A DNA stretch of 64,000 bases. It comes from Raja brachyura (lineage: Eukaryota). The stretch lies in NCBI GenBank assembly GCA_963514005.1, contig OY740805.1, positions 22,878,001-22,942,000 of the forward strand, read 5' to 3'. The position numbers were made by a program, and so were the translations under genes. Below the pieces are notes generated by a model. That model did no database searches. It saw only the letters and a list, made by a program, of their open reading frames with translations, and was not told the DNA's origin. Below are positions 1 through 11,418 of the stretch, one piece after another. Within the stretch, counting starts at the first letter, position 1, and each line of letters begins with the position of its first letter.

Positions 1-228
1 GTTGAAACTCGTGAACATAAACTTGGAATATCGTGGAAAACCACGAGTTTCTTTTTTTCTTGAACTCTGGATAACTCGTGGATGGACTCGCACCATGCGA
101 CAGGGCTATAATAGGCAGCAACTCTACCGCTGTGCCACTGTGCCGCCCTTATTGGTAACTTTGTGTGATCTTATTTTGTTTGGATGCTAATTCTATGGGA
201 ACGCCTTCTCAAAAAGATACATAATGAT

Positions 229-510
229 GTAGAAACAACGAACTGCAGATGGTGGTTTGTACCAAAGTGTGTCACAAAATGCTGCAGTAACTCAACGGGT
301 CAGACAGCATCTCTGTAGAAAAAAGATGGGTGATGCTGGGTGAAGCTTCAGGTTTTGGACCCTTCATCAGATTGATGCGTTGGGTTTGGGAACCTTCTTC
401 AGACTAACCCTGCATGAGACTGAAGTAGGGTCCTGACACAAAGTGCTATCCAGCCTTTTTCTCCAGAGATGCTGTGGGCTTGCTGAGTTACTTTAGCACT
501 TAGTGTCTAA
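229..510. repeat. Inverted pair of Penelope-like element tail fragments
   Basis: gctgcagtaactcaacgggtcagacagcatctctgtaga (~281-319) is inversely matched by ctccagagatgctgtgggcttgctgagttactttagc (~461-497); the same tail follows the GIY-YIG ORF at 22.7 kb. Confidence 0.6.
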
Positions 511-839
511 GGGTGATAATGATTTGTTCAATCCTGATTTATTTGTGATGTTAATTTCTGCATGTTCACAGGGCAGACTGTGAGAGTTAACAGTTGAAAA
601 ACTAGTCAAACAGGAAACGTGTGGTATTTGAGGATGTGTGAATGTGGGGCCTCTCCAGTGAGATGATAGAGGAACTTCCTGACAAAGGGGGATGTGGTGA
701 ACTATCAGAAAGTCACCAGGAGGTCCTATCAAAACAGAAGTTAAATGTTACATTGATATTTTTAGAGTTTGCTCTTGATGTAGTGTCATGGTGCAATCCG
801 ATGTGGACAACTTACTGTCTATTTGCAGATCAAGATGAT

Positions 840-1105
840 AGAGAGATACAGCATGGGAACAGGCTCTTCAGCACACCAAGTCCATGCTGAACAGCGATCC
901 CCATACAATAGCAATATCCTATAGGCTTGCAACAATTTATAATCTTTACCAAAGCCTATTAAACTACAAACCCGTCTTTGGAGTGTGGGAGGAAACTTGA
1001 GCACCCAGGGAAAGCCCACAGGTAGAATGTAAAAACTCCATACAGACAGCACCCATGGTCAGGATTGAACCTGGCCGTCTATCGTGCTGTAAGGCAGTAA
1101 CTCTA
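840..1105 (-). mobile_element. tRNA-derived SINE with CR1-like 3' tail
   Basis: Reverse complement of the recurrent SINE seen at 6080, 18595, 20900 and 29454 (core gtttgtaggttaattggc, tail gaagggcctgtttcc); boundaries approximate. Confidence 0.7.
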
Positions 1106-1223
1106 CCGTTGTTCCACCGTCACCCTTTTGTGTGGAATCGTGACAGAAGCCTCCTCGTGGCGATCCCCGGAACCGACGACACGATGCACTCTGTGACGTG
1201 TCGGGCGACCAATTCTGTCAACA

Positions 1224-1488
1224 TCAGTCTTCCCGTGGATTTTGAAGCAACAGCAACAAAGAGAAGCAGGAGAAAGCACTGATTGGCTCTAGCCCAAGTG
1301 GGAGGAGAGTTCTCAGTGAGTCAGAGGGGGAGAGCAGTTAAAAAGGAGAGGCAAAGCACAGGCAGACTTCACTCAGTCTTCCCGTGGATTTTGAAGCAAC
1401 AGCAACAAAGAGAAGCAGGAGAAAGCACTGATTGGCTCTAGCCCAAGTGGGAGGAGAGTTCTCAGTGAGTCAGAGGGGGAAAGCAGTT
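1224..1488 (+). repeat. Tandem duplication (149-bp period) in CR1 5' UTR
   Basis: tcagtcttcccgtggattttgaagc...gagtcagaggggg starts at both 1224 and 1373, ~115 bp nearly identical. Confidence 0.9.
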
Positions 1489-1673
1489 CCTCAAAACTGA
1501 GGAATTTGGTTTGTAAATTAGGCAATTGAACAGTCAATATAAGCAAGGCAGCTCTTGGGGAGCGGCCTTGTGAGGGAAGTGCCCTGTGAGTAAAGTGTGA
1601 GTCTTTGGCTCGAGAGTCTTCGGCGAGGAGGCTGCGCAAAATACTGGATAGGGCGAGACTGAGGCAAAAGAAG

Positions 1674-2600
1674 ATGTCAAGCAAGCTGATGCAGTGTGAT
1701 GCTTGCAGTATGTGGGAGGTCAAGGACACTGCTGGTGCCTCTGGATGCTACAAATGTGAGAAGTGCATCCAGGTACAGCTCCTGAAGGACCGTGTTGGGG
1801 AACTGGAGAAACAAGTGGATGACCTCAGGTTCATTCGAGAAACTGAGTCGTTTCTCGACAAGTCCTTCAGTGAGATTGTTACACCCAAGGCACTAGAAGA
1901 GAGAAGGTGGGTGACGGTGAGAAAGGGAGGAAAACATGGGATGCAAAGGTCCCCGGGTGCTGTACCTCTTGTGAACAGGTTCACCCACGTGGAAGCTGCC
2001 GGGACAGAAGACGGTATCCCACTGAGCGGCGGACTGGCTTGCCAAACAAAAAGGGCTGATGAGCCAAACCCACAGAGGCCAAAGTCGGGCAACGCCATTG
2101 TAGTTGGAGACTCCATTGTGAGAGGTACGGACAGGGGTTTTTGCGGCAACAGACGGGATTCCAGGATGGTGTGCTGCCTTCCTGGTGCCAGGATCCAGGA
2201 TGTTACGGACAGAGTGCAGACAATCCTCAAGGGCGAAGGTGACCAGCCGGAAGTGGTCGTGCATGTTGGCACAAATGATGTTGGAAAGAAGGAGATTAAT
2301 TTTTTGCAGCGGGACTTCAGAGAGCTCGGAAAAATGCTGAAAAGCAGGACTTCCAGGGTTGTTATCTCCGGTTTGCTTCCAGTTCCTCGTGCTGGCGAGA
2401 GCAGGAACAGGGAGATATGGGACCTGAATGTGTGGCTGAGGAACTGGTGCAGGGGGCAGGGATTTAGATTCTTAGATCACTGGGATTTTTTTTATAGTAA
2501 GGGGGAACTGTACAAAAGGGACGGATTGCATCTTAACAGGTGGGGGACCAGCATTCTGGCCGGCAGGTTTGCCACTGCTACACGGATGGTTTTAAACTGA
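1674..2600 (+). CDS. CR1 ORF1 (CxxC-CxxC Zn finger, coiled coil, SGNH/GDSL esterase)
   Basis: MSSKLMQCDAC..CEKC, LEKQVDDL, VVGDS, HVGTND, DGLH; first ATG at 1674 within ORF 1605-2600. Confidence 0.92.
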   Translation: MSSKLMQCDACSMWEVKDTAGASGCYKCEKCIQVQLLKDRVGELEKQVDDLRFIRETESFLDKSFSEIVTPKALEERRWVTVRKGGKHGMQRSPGAVPLVNRFTHVEAAGTEDGIPLSGGLACQTKRADEPNPQRPKSGNAIVVGDSIVRGTDRGFCGNRRDSRMVCCLPGARIQDVTDRVQTILKGEGDQPEVVVHVGTNDVGKKEINFLQRDFRELGKMLKSRTSRVVISGLLPVPRAGESRNREIWDLNVWLRNWCRGQGFRFLDHWDFFYSKGELYKRDGLHLNRWGTSILAGRFATATRMVLN

Positions 2601-5600
2601 ATAAGGGGGGTGGGGTATCAAATGGGATAGTCGAGGACGGAGTTAGAGGGAAAGAGAGTAAAGCGATGGTTAATGACCCCAGAATTAACGGGGAAGAAAG
2701 CTCACAAAGGGATAGGAGAGTATGTCCAAGTGTAATAGGGATCGATGTGAAAGGGGCCACTTGTCAACATAATTGTATAAGGAGTAAGAGTGTTGTAAAA
2801 ACAAGCCTGAAGGCTTTGTGTCTCAATGCGAGGAGCATTCGTAATAAGGTGGATGAGTTGAAGGTGCAGATAGCGATTAATGACTATGCTATAGTTGGAA
2901 TCACGGAGACTTGGCTCCAGGATGACCAAGGCTGGGAGCTGAACATCCAGGGATATTCAATATTCAGGAGGGATAGACGAAAAGGAAAAGGAGGTGGGGT
3001 AGCGTTGCTGGTGAGAGAGGAGATTAATGCAATAGAAAGGAAGGACATTAGCGTGGAGGATGTGGAATCGATATGGGTAGAGCTGCGAAACTCTAAGGGG
3101 CAGAAAACGCTAGTGGGAACTGTGTACAGGCCACCTAACAGTAGTATTGGAGTTGGGGATGGCATCAAACAGGAAATTAGAAATGCGTGCAACAAGGGTA
3201 ACACGGTTATAATGGGTGACTTCAATCTGCATGTAGATTGGGTGAATCAAATTGGCAGGGGTGCTGAGGAAGAGGATTTCCTGGAATGTATGCGGGATAG
3301 TTTTCTCAACCAACATGTGGAGGAACCAACGAGAGAGCAGGCTATTCTAGACTGGGTATTGAGTAATGAGGAAGGGTTAGTTAGCAGTCTTGTTGTGCGT
3401 GGCCCCTTGGGCAAGAGTGACCATAATATGGTTGAGTTCTTCATTAGGATGGAGAGTGACAAAATTAAGTCAGAAACAAGGGTTCTGAACTTGAACAAAG
3501 GTAACTTTGAAGGTATGAGATGTGAATTGGCCAAGATAGACTGGCAGGTGATTCTTAAAGGGTTGACAGTGGATGTGCAATGGAAGGTATTTAAAGACTG
3601 CATGGATGAAGTACAAAAGTTGTTCATACCAGTTTGGCAAAAGAATAAATCGGGGAAGGTGGTGCATCCATGGATAACAAGGGAAATCAGGGATAGTATA
3701 AAAACAAAAGATGAGGCATACAAATTTGCCAGAAAAAGCAGCCTACCGGAGGACTGGGAGAAATTCAGAATCCAGCAGAGGAGGACAAAGGGCTTAATTA
3801 GGAAAGGGAAAATAGATTATGAAAGGAAACTGGCAGGGAACATAAAAACTGACTGCAAAAGTTTTTATAGATATGTAAAGAGAAAGAGACTAGTTAAAAC
3901 AAATGTTGGTCCCTTGCAGTCAGAAACAGGTGAATTGATCATGGGGAACAAGGACATGGCAGACCAATTGAATAACTACTTTGGTTCTGTCTTCACTAAG
4001 GAAGACATAAATAATCTGCTGGAAATAGCAGTGGAACGGGGGTCAAATAAGATGGAGGAACTGAGTGAAATCCAGGTTAGCCGGGAGGTGGTGTTGGGTA
4101 AATTGAACGGATTGAAGGCCGATAAATCCCCAGGGCCAGATAGTCTGCATCCCAGAGTACTCAAGGAGGTAGCCACAGAAATAGTGGATGCATTAGTGAT
4201 AATTTTTCAAAATTCCTTAGATTCTGGAGTAGTTCCTGAGGATTGGAGGGTAGCTAATGTAACCCCACTTTTTAAAAAAGGAGGGAGAGAGAAAGCGGGG
4301 AATTACAGACCAGTTAGTCTAACATCGGTAGTGGGGAAACTGCTGGAGTCAGTTATTAAAGATGGGATAGCAGCGCATTTGGAAAGTGGTGAAATCATTG
4401 GACAAAGTCAGCATGGATTTACGAAAGGTAAATCATGTCTGACAAATCTGATAGAATTTTTCGAGGATGTAACTAGTAGAGTGGATAAGGGAGAACCAGT
4501 GGATGTGTTATATCTAGACTTTCAGAAGGCTTTCGACAAGGTCCCGCATAAGAGATTAGCATACAAACTTAAAGCACACGGTATTGGGGGTTCAGTATTG
4601 ATGTGGATAGAGAACTGGCTAGCAGACAGGAGGCAAAGGGTAGGAGTAAACGGGTCCTTTTCAGAATGGCAGGCAGTGACTAGTGGGGTGCCGCAAGGCT
4701 CAGTGCTGGGACCCCAGCTATTTACAATATATATTAATGATTTGGACGAGGGAATTCAATGCAACATCTCCAAATTTGCAGATGATACCAAGCTGGGGGG
4801 TATAGTTAGGTGTGAGGAGGATGCTTGGAGGCTGCAGGGTGATTTGGATAGGCTGAGTGAATGGGCAGATGCATGGCAGATGCAGTACAATGTGGATAAA
4901 TGTGAGGTTATCCACTTTGGTGGCAAAAACATGAGGGTAGACTATTATCTGAATGGTGGCAGATTAGGTAAGGGGGAGATGCAACGAGACCTGGGTGTCA
5001 TGGTACACCAGTCATTGAAAGTAGGCATGCAGGTGCAGCAGGCAGTGAAGAAAGCAAATGGTATGTTAGCATTCATAGCGAAAGGATTTGAGTATAGGAG
5101 CAGGGAGGTTCTACTGCAGTTGTACAGGGTTTTGGTGAGACCACACCTGGAGTACTGCGTACAGTTTTGGTCTCCAAATCTGAGGAAAGACATCCTTGCC
5201 ATAGAGGGGGTACAGAGAAGATTCACCAGACTGATTCCTGGGATGTCAGGACTTTCATATGAGGAAAGATTGGATAGACTCGGTTTGTACTCGATGGAAT
5301 TTAGAAGATTGAGGGGGGATCTTATAGAAACCTACAAAATTCTTAAGGGGTTGGACAAGCTAGATGCTGGAAGATTGTTCCCGATGTTGGGGGAGTCCAG
5401 AACAAGGGGTCACAGTCTAAGGATAAGGGGGAATTCCTTTAGGACCGAAATGAGGAAAACATTCTTTACACAGAGAGTGGTGAGTCTCTGGAATTCTCTG
5501 CCACAGAAGGTAGTTGAGGCCAGTTCATTGGCTATATTTAAGAGGGCGTTAGATGTGGCACTTGTGGCTAAAGGGATCAGGGGGTATGGAGAGAAGGCAG

Positions 5601-5614
5601 GTACGGGATACTGA
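2540..5614 (+). CDS. CR1 ORF2 (apurinic endonuclease + reverse transcriptase)
   Basis: 1024-aa open frame with NARS, ETW, GDFN, SDH (APE) and PGPD, DFQKAFD, PQGSVLGP, FADD (RT); true start codon uncertain. Confidence 0.95.
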   Translation: MGDQHSGRQVCHCYTDGFKLNKGGGVSNGIVEDGVRGKESKAMVNDPRINGEESSQRDRRVCPSVIGIDVKGATCQHNCIRSKSVVKTSLKALCLNARSIRNKVDELKVQIAINDYAIVGITETWLQDDQGWELNIQGYSIFRRDRRKGKGGGVALLVREEINAIERKDISVEDVESIWVELRNSKGQKTLVGTVYRPPNSSIGVGDGIKQEIRNACNKGNTVIMGDFNLHVDWVNQIGRGAEEEDFLECMRDSFLNQHVEEPTREQAILDWVLSNEEGLVSSLVVRGPLGKSDHNMVEFFIRMESDKIKSETRVLNLNKGNFEGMRCELAKIDWQVILKGLTVDVQWKVFKDCMDEVQKLFIPVWQKNKSGKVVHPWITREIRDSIKTKDEAYKFARKSSLPEDWEKFRIQQRRTKGLIRKGKIDYERKLAGNIKTDCKSFYRYVKRKRLVKTNVGPLQSETGELIMGNKDMADQLNNYFGSVFTKEDINNLLEIAVERGSNKMEELSEIQVSREVVLGKLNGLKADKSPGPDSLHPRVLKEVATEIVDALVIIFQNSLDSGVVPEDWRVANVTPLFKKGGREKAGNYRPVSLTSVVGKLLESVIKDGIAAHLESGEIIGQSQHGFTKGKSCLTNLIEFFEDVTSRVDKGEPVDVLYLDFQKAFDKVPHKRLAYKLKAHGIGGSVLMWIENWLADRRQRVGVNGSFSEWQAVTSGVPQGSVLGPQLFTIYINDLDEGIQCNISKFADDTKLGGIVRCEEDAWRLQGDLDRLSEWADAWQMQYNVDKCEVIHFGGKNMRVDYYLNGGRLGKGEMQRDLGVMVHQSLKVGMQVQQAVKKANGMLAFIAKGFEYRSREVLLQLYRVLVRPHLEYCVQFWSPNLRKDILAIEGVQRRFTRLIPGMSGLSYEERLDRLGLYSMEFRRLRGDLIETYKILKGLDKLDAGRLFPMLGESRTRGHSLRIRGNSFRTEMRKTFFTQRVVSLWNSLPQKVVEASSLAIFKRALDVALVAKGIRGYGEKAGTGY

Positions 5615-6079
5615 GTTGGATGATCAGCCATGATCACATTGAATGGCGGTGCAGGCTCGAAGGGCCGAATGGCCTACTCCTGCACCTATTTTCTATGTTT
5701 CTATGTTTCTATGTAACATGTTGGATGACGACAGTAGCCAACAGCGAACTACATGTCGTCTGACACACAAGTGAATGAACCCTTGTTAGACTAATCAACT
5801 GCAGGTTACGACATAAATATGATGTGATGCAACTAATTGACAGTGCAGCATAGAGAGTGCAGCACAGAAACAAGCCCTTTGACCCACTAAGTCCATGCTA
5901 ACCTTTTTGGGACCTGATCTCTTTTTATCTTCCTGATATTTCCAATACCCACCCCTAGATTTTACTATTTAATGACACATGGAGTAATAAATGGTGGCCT
6001 GTGAACCAAATAACTGTCGTAACTCACCTTTGTGGGTGGAATATCTGAATATCATATCATTTCCAAATGTTGATCAGTA

Positions 6080-6370
6080 AGGGCGGCACAGTGGGGCTGT
6101 GATAGAGTTGCTGCCTTAAAGTGCCAGTGCCCCGGGTCCGATCCTGACTATGGGCGCTGCCTGTAGGGAGTTTGTACGTTCTCCCCATGACCAGTGTGGG
6201 TTTTCTCCAAGATCTTCAGTTTCCTCCCATACTCCAAAGACGTAAAGGTTTGTAGGTTAATTGGCTTGATATAAATGTAAATTGTCCTTCGTGTGTAGGA
6301 TAGTGTTAATGTGCGGACTCGTGCCGAAGGGCCTGTTTCCACACTGTATGTCTAAGCTAAACTAAAATAA
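6080..6370 (+). mobile_element. tRNA-derived SINE (HE1-like)
   Basis: gggcggcacagtgg A-box-like head, ccgggtccgatcc B-box-like motif, conserved core, tail gaagggcctgtttccacactgtat..ctaaactaaa. Confidence 0.75.
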
Positions 6371-6720
6371 TCTAAGTTACCTTGACATTTAGAATCATAT
6401 ACAGCATAGAAACAGGCCCTTCAGCCCACCTTATCTATGCCGGCCAAGATGCCCCCTCTAACCTTGACCCACCTACCCATATTTTAGCTTAATTTAATTT
6501 ATTATTAATGTCACGTGAAAATGTTTCGTGTGTGCTATCCAGTCAGTGAAAAAACTACATTACAATGAAGCCGTTCACAATATATAGATACAGGATAAAG
6601 GGTATCATGTTTAGTGCAAATTAAGTCCAATTGGTGTTTTGCTGGTTTCCCTCCAAACCTTTCCTATCCATAGAAATTTCTATTGCTTGACAATATTTGT
6701 ATTCTTTTATTGGTGTCTAG

Positions 6721-6981
6721 GGCCTCACACACTGATCTATTACTACACCCTGAACCACGGGAATACTAATCTACCAGAATATAGTTTCGTGGTTGTTCTG
6801 AATGGTTGTGAGATACAGTATTATGACAAAAACATGGCCATTACAGTTCCAAGACAGAAATGGATGGCAGCTGCATTTGACAGGAATTACTGGGTAACAA
6901 ATACGGTTTCCGAAACTGGTTTCCATGGAATCATCAAAGGGCAAGTCGACGAATGGATGCGGAGGCATAACGAAACAACAA
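6721..6981 (+). CDS. MHC class I alpha1 exon
   Basis: gtctag|GG acceptor, A|gttagt donor; GPHTLIYYYT..PEY..YYD..PRQKWM..YW..RHNET (N86 sequon). Confidence 0.93.
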
Positions 6982-7709
6982 GTTAGTTCATTCATTTGAA
7001 TAAAGTTGGATTGTGATCAATGTTAATAAAAAAATCTCTCAGAAATACCAGAGATCCAGGTTAGATCCTGACCTCAAACAAGTTGGCACGTTCTCCCTGT
7101 GACCACACATATTTCCTCCGGGTGCTCCAGTTTTGTCCTATATCGTGTAAACGTGCAGGTTTGTAGGTTAATTGGGCACTGCAAATTGCTCTTGTTGTGC
7201 AGAGATTGGGTGAGAGTGTGGATAACATACTGTAGATGTGTAGGAATGAACTGCAGATGCTGGTTTACAGCATAGACACAAATGCAGGAGTAACTCAGCG
7301 GGACAGGCAGCATCTCTGGATAGAAGACTCTGCATACCTTGGGTATTCATTATGAACACATATTCATCTATTCATGATTCATGATTAATTACTTTTTAAG
7401 ACATTGCTTTTTGTTACCTCTTTGGTTACACATTAAACAAATTATATTTAATCTTTAACTCTGGACAGGGTAAGGTGTGTACAATACATCAAAATATTAT
7501 GCACTGGGCATAATTTCTATCAATTTTCCATACCTTGCAATATTTATTATTATTTTCAAATTACGTGTGAATTAATGTGAATAAGACATTTATTGGATTA
7601 TCGTCAGATTCATTGAAACATGTTTATTGAATCATATTGCCTTCAAAAATAAGATGCTTTATTTGCATTAATCATGGTGCGCATATTATCTGCAACATTG
7701 TTATGTTTA

Positions 7710-8190
7710 TGAGATTTATGAGCATATTGCCGGGGCTCAAGGGTGTGAACAAGAGTGAGAGATTGGGCAAGCCAGGGCTTTATTTCATGGAGCACAGTAG
7801 GCTAAGGGGTGATCATATAGGGGTGCTTAAAACCATGAGGGGAATTGATAGAGTGTATGCGCGGAGCCTTTTACCCAGAGAAGGGGAATAAAATACCAGA
7901 GGACATGGGTTTCATGTGAGAGAGGGAAGATTTGATTGGAACCTGGGGGGCAATCTTTGTGCTCAGAGAGTGGTAAGTATATGGAATGAGCTGCCAGAGA
8001 ATGGATTTGAGGCAGGTACAATAACAATATTTAAAAGACACTTGGACAGGGACATGCATGGGAAAGGTTTCGAGTGATACAGTATCTACCCGTTGCAGGG
8101 TAAATGGGACTAACTTAGATGAGGTATCTAGATTAGCATGAACAAGTTGCGCCAAAGGGCTTGTTTCCATGCTGTGTGACTCTCCCTATG
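7710..8190 (+). mobile_element. Degraded CR1 3' fragment
   Basis: Encodes LGKPGLYFMEHSRLRGD..RGIDRV, similar to the CR1 ORF2 C-terminus, followed by the CR1 tail. Confidence 0.75.
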
Positions 8191-8276
8191 ACTGCTTTGT
8201 AGCAAAGAGCCCTGCTGCCTCACCGCTCCAGTGATCCGGGTTCAATCATCTCCAGTGCAGTCTGTGTGGAGTATAA

Positions 8277-8635
8277 AGGGCCTGTCCCACTTGCGTGTCC
8301 TTGGCAAGCAAATTACGCGACCTCGTCGTCGCGTTGAGGCACACGGGCATCCAATGGCCGCGGGTGTCCGGTCCCAATGAGAGGCGCGGAGGGGTTTGTA
8401 GTTGTGCGCGGTATTGTGCGGCGCTCCGAAATTTTGTAGCGAATGAAATCTTCGCGCGCCACCGGCCTGTCGCGTAACTGACGGCCAAAGTGGGACAGAC
8501 CCAAAACCCTGGCGCAACGCAACGTCTCCCCTCCAGCAGCAGCAGAAGCAGGCAAACGATCGCCGAGCTCAGTCTGGGGCTCACGGCCGTTGCGATCCGG
8601 ATCCGCCACCACTTCTACTCCCAGAGCGGGGCCAG
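8277..8635 (+). mobile_element. PIF/Harbinger-type MITE, apparently truncated by Tx1
   Basis: TAA|agggcctgtcccactt at 8277 and inverted aagtgggacagaccca ending 8503; same TIR as 21471-21796; right boundary uncertain. Confidence 0.65.
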
Positions 8636-9205
8636 GAGAGGAGCTGCTCTGCTGGCGGGGAGGATTTAATGAACTTTTTGGACGTTGGGGAGGATTGAAA
8701 GCATTCCGACTTTGCGTTCAGAGCTTTGTCGGACTGCAGAGACTTTCTTTGTTCAAGGATTCCTCTAATTGGTGAGGATTGTCTGTGTGTTTCTGGAAGG
8801 TCGTAGGAGCGGCAGTGGCTGGCGGAAGACCAAGATTCACTTGAACTGGTGGGAGCTGAGTCTGGAGCGGTGTTTGTGGTCAGTAACATCGGAAAGCTCC
8901 CTCCCACACCGACTTGCCCGGTCCAGGTGTGCTGGGTAAGAACGGCAACAGTGTCTTGGATTTCGTTGAAGCCGGGGAGGCGACGGAGACCTGGGGAAGA
9001 AGCCTCCGGAAGCTCCATTTTTGACGGCGGGAGGATTGACACAGACATTCCTACCTTATCAGGAGGAGACTGCTTCTGTTGCTTTGCCAAGAAAGCCTTC
9101 ACAAGATACTGAACTGCTGCAAGAGAGTGGAGGTGCAGCAACAGCAGAAAGACTGCTTTGATTTTAAAAGTACTGATACTTTGTGTGTTGTGCCACGCCC
9201 TAAAG

Positions 9206-11418
9206 ATGGCGACCCCTCAGAGTTTTGCAGCTGTCGCACGGTCGGCAGTCTCTGAGACTGAGGGCCATGAGTCGATGGGGCGCACACATGGGGTAAAAAT
9301 GTACGTGCAGAGCAACCTGCCCTTCAAGGTCTTTCTAGATGCCCTGGGTGAGACTGTTGGCAAGAAAGCCATAGTCTCGGGCGCGGTGGTCAGTGGGAAG
9401 GTTGTTGTTCTACTGAAGACTGAACAGGCGGTGGCTCTGGCTCTGGAAAGGGGGGTAACAGCAGGTGGGAATTTCGTGGCGGTGGACCCATGGGGGGGTC
9501 CCGTGTTGCCGGTCATTCTGTCCAATTTTCCCACTTTTGTTCCGGATGCGCTCCTGCTCCCACATGTAAGGAAGCTGGGGGAGGTGCGGTCGGGGCTCAC
9601 CAAACTGTTGTATAGGTTTGACGATCATGAGATGCGGCATATATATACGTTCAAGCGTCGCGTGTATATACAGATGGCACAGGGGATGGACACGGAGGGG
9701 AGTTTTGATGTGGAGGTGGATGATTTCTCCTATCGTGTGTTCTGGAATGCGGGCCAAGTGCGTTGTCATGCCTGCAAAAAGGTGGGGCATTTTCGCCGGA
9801 ATTGTCCCAGGACCCGGGATGCCAGTTCCACCACGGTGGCTCGGGAGTCCACTGCTGGCCCATCTGGGGCCGCTGGTTCTACCACCGTGGCCCTGGAAAA
9901 CACTGCTGGCCCATCTGGGGCTGCTGGTTCTATCACAGTGGCCTGGGGGAGCATTGCTGGCCCATCTGGGGCTGCTGGTTCTACCACGGTAGCCCGTGAA
10001 GGCTTTATTCCCCTATCCCCACCCCCCATTCTCCCACCACCCCCATGTCCCGTACCTGTGGAGGTGGACGCAGGTGAAGTGCGTGGGGTGGACAGGGAGG
10101 TTTGGGAGCGTCAGGGGGGGAGGAAAGTCAAGAAAAAGAAGAAAGGCGGCCCCTTGGGCCCAGGGAAGAATAAGGGCCCTAGGGTCCAACGGGGGGCTGG
10201 AAAGGTTAAACAGGTGGATGGTAGTGTGGAGGTCGAGGCTTCCGCAATGGAGCTCACCGTACCACCGAACGCCAGTGGTTGGAAGAGGAGGAGACATGGG
10301 TCCTCTGATACAGAGAAGGGCCCTGAAGTTCAGGAGCAACCTGAATGGGGGCCTTCCCCTCCTGTTGAGGTGGGGGATCTAGGGCACGCTTCCTCTGAGG
10401 GGGTGGATGTCTCTGTAGTGCAGGGACCACCTGAGAGTGGCGATACATTACCCTTGGGGGCTGGTCCCCCAGAGAGCACGTCTGCTGGCTTAGTGGATGA
10501 CCAGGGGCAGCCTGAAGGGGGGACTTGGGTGTAAGGGTGGGTCCCCAGCCTGAGCTCCTCGTCGAGGCTACAAGCCCAGTTGAGTGGTGTGATGCCCCAC
10601 TGGTTGAGGGAGCAAGGGAGACTCCAGTAACATCGGCTCCTGAGGGCCACAGCGAGGTGATTCACCTGGTGGAGGAGGACGGGGACTCTCTGGGTGACGG
10701 TGCTGGGGCGGGAAGCCTGGGTGTGGAGGAGGGCAAGGTCGATTCGGATCGTGTCCTTCGGTCGCACTCTAGACAGGCCCGCTTACAGCAAGGCCCGGAG
10801 ACTTGCTCCGACTTCACGGGTCCCAATCCGGATACAGAGGGCGGTGGAAGCGCACAGGAGACTGGCCAATTAGCAGATAGCTTGCTGCAGTCAGAGGCAC
10901 CGGTACCTGCCCCTGTCACTGATCCTGGGGGTGGGATGGTGACAGAGGAGGGACCGTGTGATGTGGCTGGAACGCCCACCTCACAGGGAGGGGTGTGCGA
11001 GGCAGCTGAAAGTAGCAACCTTCCGGACTTGGGCTCGGACATTGAGTGTGAGGAGGAGGGGTATGCGGAGTCCGTCGACAGTGAGTTGACGGAATGCCCC
11101 GCCCGTGGCCCCGTGTCTCGACTTGTCGAAGTCTGGGAACTTCGGAAGTTCTTAAGGGACACGAGAGGGAGTAGGAACAAGGTGGTTTTGGCTGTGGACC
11201 GCTGGTCGGACCTGAGGGTGCCCATGCGGTCTATTTATGCCATCCTTCAGAAGAAGGGAAAGCAGGCGGGGCTAGTAAGAAATGAGAGGCGCCAGTTCCA
11301 AGAGCTTTTTAAGTCCCTAAAGAGAGGGCAGCAGGCTATGGGCGGCTCCACTCCTTCACCGGGGGCTGGTAAAGATCTAGTGTACGCTCAAAATGAAGCT
11401 CACTATAGCCAGCCTTAA
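9206..11418 (+). pseudogene. Tx1 ORF1 (gag-like, CX2CX4HX4C) with one frameshift near 10520
   Basis: MATPQSFAAV.. CHACKKVGHFRRNC; frame changes between ORFs 9158-10534 and 10525-11418 near a G run. Confidence 0.85.
9826..10000 (+). repeat. 51-bp coding tandem repeat (17 aa, ~3.4 copies) in Tx1 ORF1
   Basis: gctggcccatctgggg at 9854, 9905 and 9956; STTVARESTAGPSGAAG-like units. Confidence 0.9.

Larger units (their letters stand above)
1225..5714 (+). mobile_element. Full-length intact CR1-clade LINE
   Basis: 5' UTR, ORF1 (Zn finger, coiled coil, SGNH esterase), uninterrupted ORF2 (APE+RT), (TTTCTATG)n tail, candidate TSD AACAT at 1220-1224 and 5715-5719. Confidence 0.95.

Noticed and set aside
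6080-6150. SINE heads as genuine tRNA genes
   Set aside because: Degenerate A/B boxes continue into the SINE core and LINE-like tail; no complete cloverleaf
1-6720. Leader (signal peptide) exon of the class I gene
   Set aside because: No convincing ATG-hydrophobic-phase-1 GT exon found; the candidate near 548-572 lacks a good donor. It probably lies upstream of the window
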